A stretch of DNA of 64,000 bases, taken from Octopus vulgaris. Taxonomy: Eukaryota. Positions 52,408-64,000 of this stretch are shown piece after piece. The notes under the pieces are model-generated. The model did no database searches and was not told the DNA's origin. It was given only the letters and a program-made list of their open reading frames with translations. Every line of letters begins with the position of its first letter. The stretch's first letter is position 1. The stretch is from positions 101,246,001 to 101,310,000 of the forward strand of contig OX597814.1 in NCBI GenBank assembly GCA_951406725.2, written 5' to 3'. The position numbers were made by a program, and so were the translations under genes.

Positions 52408-53008
52408 TATGAGCTCGACGAAATATAGATATGATACTTGCGTATAAATATATAATGATATTTGTTATCGATATCAAATAAGTCGAAAGAGAGAAATGCA
52501 CGATTGTTTGCATTGAGCATTCATATGATATATTCCTGCGTTTTCGAAAACAAATATTTACAAAGATACACCATGTGATTATGAAATATGAAATCAATTT
52601 AATCTATCTCCTTCTCTCCTCTCTTTTTCCCTCTCCCTCCCTCTTCCTCACTTACGCATACACACTCGCACACACAGAGACACACATTCATACACACACG
52701 TATATATACACATACACACGCACACACACACACACATACATATACTTGTTGGCACGAATACTTTTTTATAATATATTCATAATATACATATAATTTGTCG
52801 ATGAAAAATCATATAATTTAAATGCACTCTAATATCATTTCTCCCTTCTTTGTTGCACCAAATATATATATATATATATTCCATAATATTATTATTATTA
52901 TTATCATTATATATATATGTATGTAAATGTATGTATATATATAAAAAGAGACAGAGAAAGAAATGTTAGGATATATGTATATATATATATATATATATAT
53001 GTGAGTGT

Positions 53009-53046
<38 letters not shown>

Positions 53047-53165
53047 ATGTGTGTGTGTATACATATATACTTAATTAAGATAAAGGGAGAAAAAAGACAA
53101 GAAAAAAACAATAAGGCGGTACATACAATGTATTAATGAGACACTCAGGGAATGAAAGAAAGGAT

Positions 53166-53200
53166 GTTTTACGTCTCCAGTAAAGCTCTTCTTCAGAAAC
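53166..53200 (-). ncRNA. decayed hammerhead motif in a Penelope-type terminal repeat (53085-53240)
   Basis: GTTT-CTGAAGA-A-GAGC-TTT-ACTG-GAGA-CGTA-AAAC. The flank resembles 12783-12860. Stem II and GAAA are mutated, so it is probably inactive. Confidence 0.5.
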
Positions 53201-53549
53201 AGGAGACAAAGTAAAATCTAAAAGAAAAGGTAGACGGGGGATACATATAGAAAGGTTTGGCCAAATGTCATCTGACAGTAAATCAAAATTCCATAAATTC
53301 TTAATATTAAATTTTGTTTATTCATTCCAATTATGAATGTTGAATAATTGAATACTGTGAGTTAAAATCACCTTTGTTTTGTTTGTTTTTTAAACATTTG
53401 TCTATTTGATAGTGCAATCTCATATAAAATAACATTTTGTTTTAATCTTGGAATTAAATGAGTTTTGATTTACTGCCAGGTGACTTTTGGTCAAACCTTG
53501 ATATGTACAATGAAAAGGAGAAAGAAATGTTGGGGTATTGGGGTATATA

Positions 53550-53604
<55 letters not shown>

Positions 53605-53644
53605 CGTATATGTGGCATATATATATATTTACATATATATACGT

Positions 53645-53931
53645 ATATTTACATATATACATACATATGTATGTATATATATATGTATGTATTCTTTTAT
53701 TCTTTTATTTCTTTCAGTCATTTGACTGCGACCATGCTGGAACACCGGCTTTAGTCGAGCAAATCGACCCCAGGACTTCTTCTATCGATCTCTCTTTCCG
53801 AAATGCATAGTGACGGGGACATAAACACACCAACATCGGTTGTCAAGCGAGGGTGGGGGACAAACGCAGACACACAAGCATACTTCGGTTGTCAAGCGAG
53901 GGTAGAGGACAAACGCAGACACACAAGCATA

Positions 53932-53983
<52 letters not shown>

Positions 53984-54216
53984 TATGTTTGTGTGTCTGC
54001 GTTTCTCCCCCATGCTCGCTTGACAACCGATGTTGGTGTGTTTATGTCCCCGTTACTATGCATTTCGACAAGAGAGATCGATAGAAGAAGTCCTGGGGTC
54101 GATTTGCTCGACTAAAGCCGGTGTTCCAGCATCGTCGCAGTCAAATGACTGAAAGAAATAAAAGAATAAAAGAATACATACATATATATATACATACATA
54201 CATATATGTATATATG

Positions 54217-54225
<9 letters not shown>
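53645..54225. repeat. fold-back inverted duplication of a SINE-A tail plus flank, centred on (TA)n
   Basis: ~53645-53885 is reverse-complementary to ~53981-54225. A 49-bp direct duplication (53886-53934) and (TA)n (53934-53980) form the apex. Confidence 0.95.
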
Positions 54226-54287
<62 letters not shown>

Positions 54288-54488
54288 TTAATACTCTTAG
54301 CTTAGATCTTTGGGGCCATGGGGCCAACCAGATTTGAAGAGTTTCAAGTGTAAACGGCCAAAAATGTAAAGATAATCTGGAAAGGTGACTGAGGATAAAA
54401 GGGCACGGATGACTCATACTTCTTTTTGCTGTCTGTCTTTGTATCGATTATCTCTCCGGATGTTTTATTGTCGTCTGTCGCGTTCTTC

Positions 54489-54621
<133 letters not shown>

Positions 54622-54689
54622 TCCAAAAAGCAAAGCTTCATGTATAACTTTATAAGATGAGTAAACGAATCTTTAGTTTGAAATATCAA

Positions 54690-54990
54690 CGCAGTCTATG
54701 GATCCAACTGTCATTATTCAATGAACACCCTCACAGCATCAAAGATTCTTTGAAAGCCGCCATAGTTCGAGTCATTCCCGATATGTACAAGGACCAAGTA
54801 ATCCGAGCTTGCAAACAATTTCGACCACGCGTAGAGGTTGTTATTGATGCTAATGGTGGTTTTATTGAACGAAATTATTAAACTGATAATTTAGATTTAT
54901 GTTTATGTTATTTTTATAAAAATAGATTTTTTTTCTGTTATTATATAAGTGTTTCTTTAAACCACAAATCTGTCCTCAAATACCGTCCGC
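54690..54990 (+). mobile_element. Tc1/mariner-superfamily transposase 3' fragment
   Basis: HPHSIKDSLKAAIVRV...IRACKQFRPRVEVVIDANGGFIE is a typical Tc1/maT-type C-terminus. Confidence 0.75.
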
Positions 54991-54991
54991 A

Positions 54992-55055
<64 letters not shown>

Positions 55056-55929
55056 GTGTGTGTATGTGTGTGTGTGTGCGCGCGTATGTGTGTGTATATG
55101 TGTGTGTATATACATATATGTATGCATATATACATACACATATATGTATGCATATATGTATATATATATGCATGTATCTCTGTCTATGTATGCGTGAGTG
55201 TCTATATATAGATGTGTGTGTGTGATCATGAAAATATGCATATATCACCAAATGCAGCATAAAATTCGATTGTATATTCATACGTACTCAAATACTATCA
55301 AAATAATATACAGGAAAAACAAACAACTAAATATAGCAGAACTCATCACATATAAACAAGTCCATAAAAAGGGAAAATACGTAAAGAATCACTTGATTCA
55401 TAATTGCTGTTATCTTTAGATATTTCGCCATTGCTCTTTTTGTGATTCTTCTCTTATGAATTTCTACACTTAGCTCTCTCTCCCCTTTCTCCGCTCTCTT
55501 TTATATCTGTTTACTTCCCGTCTTCCTTTCTCAATCTTAAACTGTTTCTCGCTTTTTTTTTTCTTCATATTTGTTGCTCTTGTTTTCTATTGATATATAC
55601 ATACATAAATACATACATACATACACGGAAAACACACACACATATATAAACATAAACATACAAACGTATATATATGTATATGCATATATATGTATATGTA
55701 TATTTATAGATGTTACCTCGAGATCAACGGTTTAGATGGAGTTAATTCTTTGTCAGATTTTCTTTGTATGAGTGATATCAGCTTCGGGCTTTATTCTGAA
55801 TTAACTTTCACAATGTATTTTTTTCTTTCGTTCAATTGAGAAGCGCCTTTGTTTAGATTTATATTTTCTAAGTATTTAAACTCTTGTTGTAATTCTTTTC
55901 TTTCTTGTTTTCCTTCTTCGATTTCTTGA

Positions 55930-56377
55930 TTTTATTATTATCATTATTATTAATATTGTTATTGTTATTATTGTTGTTGTTGTTGTTGTTGCTGCTGTTG
56001 TTGCTGTTGTTGTTGCTGTTGTTGTAGATGTTCTTTTTGTTGATATTAATACTATTCTTCTTATTCTCCTTCTTCTTCTTCTTCTTCTTCTTCTTCTTCT
56101 TCTTCTTCTTCTTCTTTTTTCTTCTTCGTCTTCTTCTTCTTCCTATTATTCTTCCTATTCTTCTTCTTCCTATTCTTCTTCTTCTTCCTATTCTTCTTCT
56201 TCTTCCTATTCTTCTTCCTATTCTTCTTCTTCCTATTCTTCTTCTTCTTCTTCCTATTCTTCTTCTTCTTCTTATTCTTCTTCTTCTTCTTATTATTATT
56301 ATTATTATTATTATCATTATTATTATTGGCGGTGGTGGTGGTGGCGGTGGTGGTGGTGGTGGTGGTGGTGGTGGTGC

Positions 56378-56411
<34 letters not shown>

Positions 56412-56415
56412 GGTT
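55930..56415. repeat. compound trinucleotide array (TTA, TTG, CTT, CTTCTTCCTATT, GGT, GCT)
   Basis: Direct observation. Confidence 0.95.
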
Positions 56416-56832
56416 GTTTCCGATGGGTATCTTTTTATTGCTTTCATTATTTGTTTCTCTTTGCTCTTAACTTCTGTTGCTGCTTTTGAATTTTCTTGCT
56501 CATTCAAATTAACTTTTTTTTCCTTTTATTTGCTGTGTCTGTTCTTGATGATGTTGACTTTGTTGTTGTTAGCAATCATAACTGCAGGGTGAATATACTT
56601 ATTACGTTTGCTAGTGTTATATTTTTCTTATTTCTGTGCACTTTCTTGATGCTAAATATCATGGCTATATATGTATGTAGGTATGTATGTATGTATGTAC
56701 ATATGCATATGTATAGTGGTATGTATGTATGTATATATATATGTGTATATATAAATATATATGTGTGTGTCTAGATATATATACATATGTATATGTATAT
56801 ATTTATATATATACATATCCATGTATTTATTC

Positions 56833-56892
<60 letters not shown>

Positions 56893-56928
56893 AAATGATG
56901 GATGGAGGGATAGATAGATAGATAGATG

Positions 56929-56976
<48 letters not shown>

Positions 56977-57517
56977 TTTAGATATTTAGATAGATAGATA
57001 TTTATAGCTAAATATCTTTCTCGTTTTGTTGTTGCTGTTTTAATTGTTGTTGCGGCATCGTTGAGACTGTTGTTATTTTCGCCTTAGATATCATTTGTAC
57101 TTGTGTTGCAACTTTTGTTGTTGTACCGGGTGGTATTGAGCAGGCTGTTTATCATACTGCTACTTTGCTGTACATCTTGGCGTAGATCATCGTGTTGTTC
57201 ATAGTGGTTGAAGATTATTAATAATAATTTTTTTTTTTTCTTGATGTTCTTCTTCCAAAATTTATGGGTTTGCAGTCAGTTTGCTTATTTCTTATCTTTA
57301 TTTTCGTTTTGTTTCAGCTTTGTGTTTACGTTTATTTTTTACATTTATATTTTGAACATTTTCACCTTTTTCAACTCAGTGTCTATTGGCTTGAATACAT
57401 GCACACATATGTACCTACAAATACACTTACACACGAATACATACATGTGTGTACATATGATATATGTTTGTATATTATACGTTCCAAACTGCATATATAT
57501 ATACATGCAAATTCCAA

Positions 57518-57568
<51 letters not shown>

Positions 57569-57637
57569 AAATTTATGTGTGTATGTATCCATATGTATAT
57601 AGAAAGATAGTTAGGAAAGCGGACATAAAGATACGCG

Positions 57638-57696
<59 letters not shown>

Positions 57697-58374
57697 GTAT
57701 ATAATACATATATATATATACATACATAGATACTCACACACACACACATGTAGTTTTATATGTGGATATATATGTATGTGAGTGTATCTGTGTGTGTTTG
57801 TGTGCACATGTGCGTAGTGTATGTATCTCTATGTGCATATACATACACACACACACATACATGTGTATTGGCCCATGAGACAATGAGTCGAAATGGAAAA
57901 TATTTACCTGATGATGATAGGATGAATTAGAAAAAAATAATAAGATAACACATATAAAAAAAGGAACAATAACATACACAGCTTTAACAATAGTAATAAC
58001 AACAATATCTAAAAACAACAGCAAGAATGAAAGAAAATAATGATAATGACAACAAAACTTTCAATTACGTATCATGAAAGAGAAAAATGAATAACAAACA
58101 TATTGCCGTTGAAATATAAAGAGAAATAACGCAAAGCATTCAAATCTGATATTTTGAATAAAAATAATAGATTAAATTGCTATTGATAGGAAAAACAAAC
58201 AATACTTCATGGAATATTATCTATAAATGTGTCTATGCTTTGTGTTTGTTGGTGTGTCTATCTGTATGTACATATATGTTTGTGCGTGTGTGTGTATGTG
58301 TGTGTGTGTGTGTGTGTGTGCATGTATGTATGCAGAGTGTATTATATATGTATGATGTTTTAATGTATTTATGC

Positions 58375-58434
<60 letters not shown>

Positions 58435-58614
58435 GTATGCGTCCATGTGTAAGTTTCCGTGTATATATATGTGCATGAGTGTTTGCGTGTGTGTGTGTGT
58501 GTACATATGCAAGTATATATATGCATGTATATGTATATATATATATACATACATATATATATACATATATAAATGTATACATATTTATGTTTATTATATA
58601 TATATTTATATATT

Positions 58615-58672
<58 letters not shown>

Positions 58673-58701
58673 TATATATACATACACATACACAAACCCA
58701 C

Positions 58702-58752
<51 letters not shown>

Positions 58753-59554
58753 TACACACATATATAATCAGAACGAAGGCTATACATATTAGTCAAATAT
58801 ACATCATGAAACGAAAATAATAAAGATTTGATTAAAAATAGAGGTCTAAGGGGAAAAAAAATAATATAACGAAAGGTGAAAGCAACTGAACAGAAACGTT
58901 AGGAAGAAAAATAACACGCGAGAGTAGGAAGTAATGGGAAGAAAAAGAGAGATAAAGATATATGTAAGAGAAAAAGATATATATGGTTAAAAAAGCATGT
59001 GTAAGACACAGTGAGTGAGAGCAATACATAATGCATGATATATAGGTATTATGTATGTACATGTATGTCAGTATGTATATTTGTGTGTTCTGTGCACGTA
59101 TACGAGTAAATATATGTGCATATGGAAGTTACAGACATTAAGAAATGCTCATCTACTTTATTTTGAAGCTGTCTTGCTATTCAGCTTCGCCAAGAATTAA
59201 CAAATAAAGCATCTTAATAACATTTTCATTTTGTTTATAATCTATATACTTGCCTTCGTACCTGTTTTATAAACGTTGTTTACATTGTTTATTAGTTTTG
59301 TTGGTTGATATTTATTTTTCTTCTTTACACCTTTTCCCTGTTTCTAATTGTTTCTAATTATTTTTAAGGGAGCCACCGAAAACGTTAGCACAACGTCAGA
59401 TTAAATATGATCTATACACGCACATAATACATTATAGATTTGTAGTCATACAATCATATGAATAAATATAGGTTTATATGTGTGCGTATGCATATATATA
59501 TATGCATATACATAGCTATGTATACACACGCATATATATAAATATATATATATA

Positions 59555-59613
<59 letters not shown>

Positions 59614-60171
59614 GTGTGTGTGTATGTGTGTAGCTTTTCACGTATTTATTTATTAGCCATGTATGAGTATGTACGTTGTAGACAGATATTTATATAAAAA
59701 TATTCTAATCATGAATACAACTATTAAGGTACTTACATATTATTGTAAGAAATATACATGGTGTATATCTGTAGCTAAAAGTATAGTCACATATTTGGAC
59801 AATTAATTTATTCTACGTTATTTTAATAGAGTTTCTATACGGAAATCTATTTCCGTAATTGGTTTTATATTTGCACAGTTTTTTCTTGAAATGATCTACG
59901 TCACTTGGGCCAGCGTATGTGGATATTTTCATTAACTGAAATAGTACCCACGCCCCGAAAGAATATTAAAGTTTATTTATTTTTCATCTTCTTTTACTTT
60001 TAAATGAGTTCTTATTTTAGTGTTAAAAAGTTACAATGTTGTTCATAAGTCTAAGAGACTAGACATATACAGAGGGGAATACGGAGAGAGATACTGAGAT
60101 GGAAGTTTTGCTACTTCACCTGACAAACATGCTGGGCGTCTAAATCATGTTCTAACAATAGAATATGCTGA

Positions 60172-60570
60172 GGGGGCGAGCTGGCAGTAACGTTTACACG
60201 CCGAGCGAAATGCTTAGCGGTTTTTCGTCTGTCTTTACGTTCTGAGTTCAAATTCTGCCGAGGTTGACTTTGCCTGTCATCCTTTCGGGTCAATTAAATA
60301 AGTGCCAGTTTCGCACTGGGGTCGATATAATCGAGTTAATCTGTTTGTCTGTCCTTGTTTGTCCTCTCTGTGTTTAGCCCCTTGTGGGTAGTAAAGAAAT
60401 AGGTATTTCGTCTATCTTTATGTTCCGAGTTCAAATTCCGCCGAGGTCGAGTTTGCCTTTCATCCTTTCGGAGGTTTATAAATTAAGTAACAGTTGCGTA
60501 CTGGGGTCGATCTAATCGACTGCCCTCTTCCAAAAAATTTCGAGCCTTGTGCTTAGAGTAGAAAAGAACA
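60172..60570 (+). mobile_element. SINE family B, dimeric
   Basis: Head GGCGAGCTGGCAG...GAGTTCAAATTC, with the body repeated at 60225 and 60405. Confidence 0.85.
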
Positions 60571-61654
60571 ATAGAATATGCTCCTTCGTACATAAATGGT
60601 TGTCTTGGAAAAGTATAACTTTCTATTTCAATGCTTTTTAATATTGACAAAAAAGAATTACTAGATGATGAATACCTGCGAAGATGTTTAACTTTCTTAG
60701 CCATCTGACTAATAAATGCGTTTTTGTACATAATGGGCTTTATGCGAAGAAAGCTGTTCCCGTGCTTCAAAATCATTAATATATTCGTAAACTTAATTGG
60801 ACAAGAGTCACTTACTCAGCTCAAGTAGCTCTTACATTTGATATTATAGAGATGAAAATAGCTGGGATTTTCGAGCATGGTACAAAATAAATAAATAATA
60901 TCACGTGCTTCTGGGAGGAAATATCATGGTAACAGCAAAGGAGGAAGGGAACGAAAAAGAACATAAATAAAACTAGTCCTAGAACTAAGAATAAGTGCTG
61001 AAGAAAAAGGTCTCGTAGAGATTAATATTGGGCTTCTTTCAAAGAGTAGACAAACGTCATGAAATCGAAACCATCAGTCTACTTCGAAAGTAAAAATCTG
61101 AAATAATTCCATAACGTTTTCGTTGTTTTACAAATCGGAAACATGGACCCTAACAACAGAAATTGTGTGAACGTTGGCAGTATACTTACAGAAAGTAGAA
61201 AGCTCAATGATGAAATTATAATATAAACTAGAGAAATAAATGAATGGATAAGAGAACGGACGGAGGGAATTGATGTTCTTATTACTGTGAAAACTAGAAA
61301 ATGAATGTGGGCAAGACACATCAGCGATGGACAAAAGCAGAGGAATTAAGATCAACGGTAAGAAAAATAATGCTAGAAAGACTACAAAAGCGATTATCTA
61401 AAGAAATCAACAGATCTCGAGCAGTATTGACCTCGCCGGGTCTTGTGAGTATCGTGTACTCACAATGATTAAAGTAGTGCGGGACTGTATGCAATTTATT
61501 TTTTTTTCCCACGTTATAAAAAGCAGTCATATTACTTTGAAGAAATTATAAATGAATATTAAAAAAAATTTTAATCATAAACTTTATTTGTATATTAAAC
61601 ATAAATTATAATGCTTAATATTACAAGGTTCGCTTCTGTTTTAAATGTCAACTT

Positions 61655-62100
61655 CTTGAATATGGACACATAGTTTGGCAACCCCAGCATAAGGCAATGT
61701 GTTGCGACTTGGAGGATGTTCAGAGGCGTGCCTCCAAACTCATTGCATCCTTGAAAGAAAAGCCATACCCAGAGCGCTTGGCTGCACTAAATCTGCCTAG
61801 TCTCGAACATCGCCGTCTCAATGGGGATATGATCAACAAGTATAAGTATACGCACGGCCTGTACCTAACCAACTGCCATCAATTCAACTACTTCCAAGGC
61901 AGAAATACTAGAGGACACAGCTTGAAATTGGAAAGATCACACTGCAGGCTCAACATTAGAAGCTGCTTTTTCGTACAGCGTGTGACCGCCACCTGGAACA
62001 GTTTACCAAACAGTGTCGTCGCAGCTCCATCAGTCAATGCCTTCAAGAACAGTCTTGAAGCATAATGGAAGGAGCTTCCTGCAGAATTTGACCCTGTCTG
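61655..62100 (+). mobile_element. CR1-clade LINE 3' fragment (RT C-terminal region)
   Basis: LEYGHIVWQP...LEDVQRRASK...YPERL..LNLPSLEHRR..GDMI..YK...TRGHSLKL...FFVQRV...WNSLP..VV.APSVNAFK. Confidence 0.9.
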
Positions 62101-62146
62101 TTACTATTAGCTACAACTGTCGAAGTGTTGTACCACACATGACAAA

Positions 62147-62532
62147 TCTCTCTATATATAAAGCTGAAGTTGTCTGTGTATGGCAGGTTTGGTAGCCTTC
62201 AACTAACACTATCTCCTCCGAGACCCTGCGGCGCAAGTTGACCAAAATTGAGTGTGTGATAGAAGGTTTGCTCTTCCTTCCGTAGAAGAAAAAGTTCAAA
62301 TCGGACCATGTTAACACAAAAATTATTTACACCAAAAAGGTGCTTTTTTCTATGAAAATTCCTATTTTTTACGATTTTTGACTGCTGTATCGCCATTTTT
62401 CGGTGTATTTCAACCAGTAAAATGTTCACTTAAAGAGAATAACAAGCTACATAATGCAAAAGTTTTACTTTTCAAAAATTCCAATTCTTAAGGGATGAAA
62501 CAAACCCGAGCAATGCCGCGCGATTCTGCTAG
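62147..62532 (+). mobile_element. non-autonomous Helitron
   Basis: Starts A|TCTCTCTATATATAAA and ends AAACCCGAGCAATGCCGCGCGATTCTGCTAG|T, like 5468-5980. Confidence 0.8.
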
Positions 62533-63312
62533 TTAATTGTACTAGTGGAAAAGGACCTGTGAAGAAGCTCCTAGGAGCTTCAACACGGAAACCATTCAGT
62601 ATCCAGTAAACATATAACTTTTTCTTCTCGTTCGTAAAAAATGTAATAAAGCGGGTAAAAAAGTAGTGAGTAAATTATTTTTACCGTATTGCATAACACA
62701 AAAAACAGCAATCCCTATCTATACAATTCAGGTTTTAAATTGTGTCAGAGTGCAGTCATGCTGGGGTACCACCTTGAAATTATTTAGTCAATAATACAAT
62801 TTCCATTACTTATTCTACAAGCATCTTACTTATTTTATCGATCTAAGTTGTTTATGAAAATATTAACCGGGATCAATGAAAAGGGTGTCTACTAAGAAAT
62901 TCTACAGTGATGTGAAACATTCATTACTCTCCTTTAATTGAAATGTATTTCAACTTCTTCTTAATTGTTAGGAAAGGGACACTAGAAACACTTAAGAAGT
63001 CTATAAGTGTTTATAGTAAAACAAAAATATAGCTAAACTCAACTCTTCATATTGGTAAATGTAATTCATTAATTCCCATCAGTGCGTCTATTTTCAAATT
63101 CACTCAAGTGAAGATTCATGAGCATTTTCTCTTGACAGTCTCAACAATTTTCCAATTTTCATTATCGTTTGTTTTAATGTAACATGGATAATTTTACTGA
63201 TTACAGAATAAACAGAGTCTTTGTTCAATTCATGCACATATAGTCAATTTACTTTATAATTTATGTATCATATACGTATGTATATATGATATCAATATGC
63301 ACAATACGTGTG

Positions 63313-63430
63313 CTAGCAGAAAACTACCCGGAGGGCGGTTTTTCTGCTCGTATACTCAATGCCCATTAAGGCTGAAATGCATCTGGGTCTTCGCTAGCTA
63401 CTGCTACGGCGATTTTTGTTTCGCTCACAT
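63313..63430 (-). mobile_element. possible Helitron 3' end
   Basis: Minus-strand hairpin GCAGAAAAACCGCCC-TCC-GGGTAGTTTTCTGC ending in CTAG. The next base is C rather than T and no 5' end is evident. Confidence 0.4.
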
Positions 63431-63501
63431 ATATATTTGTTTTAAATAAAGCACATCAATTGGAGACATTAGGAATAGCACAATAAATATTATATTAGAT
63501 G

Positions 63502-63583
<82 letters not shown>

Positions 63584-63762
63584 CATACGAACATATACGC
63601 GCGCGCTGTGTTCGTGTACGCATATGTGTATATATATATGTGTATATAATACAATACAATACATGCTTGTATTTTAGCAGAATGGTACCTCAGCGTAAGT
63701 ACCTAATTCAACTAATTTATATATATATAAAGCAAGTAAGTAACAAGGATGTCCAAGTATTA

Positions 63763-63851
63763 ATGCATTACGGCCGTTTCAAGCGGCTCCATGTAATCGA
63801 TCAATGCAAACATTACATCAATTTGAAATACCTCTCCTTCTTCGGGTGCAT
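63763..63851 (-). ncRNA. hammerhead-like motif with extended stem II and palindromic stem III
   Basis: ATGCAC-CCGAAGA-AG...(internal ATGTAAT/ATTACAT helix)...CTT-GAAA-CGGCCG-TA-ATGCAT. Stem I is ATGCA/TGCAT, the palindrome is ACGGCCGT, and the core reads CCGA instead of CTGA. Confidence 0.55.
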
Positions 63852-64000
63852 AAGACAATAAAGGTTTTCAACATGCAGGATACTCCATTATAATTTTTTT
63901 AGCAAATTTTTCATTTGGACTAGAGAATAAACAAATTATATGCTTGTTTGTAGCAGAATGGTGCCTCAACGTACGTACCTAATTCAACTAAATTATATAT

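Noticed and set aside
63315-63348. Rho-independent terminator-like hairpin
   Set aside because: The sequence is eukaryotic, and the hairpin is better explained as a transposon terminal hairpin.

Overview
This is AT-rich, repeat-saturated eukaryotic DNA, intergenic or intronic. The SINE families and very dense (TA)n/(CA)n/(TACA)n/(ATT)n microsatellites resemble those of an octopus or other coleoid cephalopod; this is recognised from memory, not from a database search. No intact host protein-coding gene is supported, and most ORFs in the track are microsatellite translations. Recognisable elements: one 5'-truncated but open R4/Dong-clade LINE (RT, CCHC finger, REL endonuclease) sitting in (TAA)n, plus three older fragments of the same clade; a Penelope-like element (RT + GIY-YIG) and several Penelope-type 3' fragments; a full-length defective mariner and other Tc1/mariner relics; three non-autonomous Helitrons; a CR1 fragment; many tRNA-derived SINEs; an interstitial telomere-like array; minisatellites. 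The most notable non-obvious signals are three. (1) A dispersed set of about 7 minimal type-I hammerhead-ribozyme motifs with palindromic stem III and co-varying stems, in Penelope-type terminal repeats. (2) One of these lies behind a tRNA-like Pol III A/B-box placed just after a Penelope ORF, and another lies in a ~277-bp retrozyme-like unit. (3) Recurrent fold-back inverted duplications at Penelope ends and (TA)n tracts. Repeat boundaries were read by eye and are approximate.
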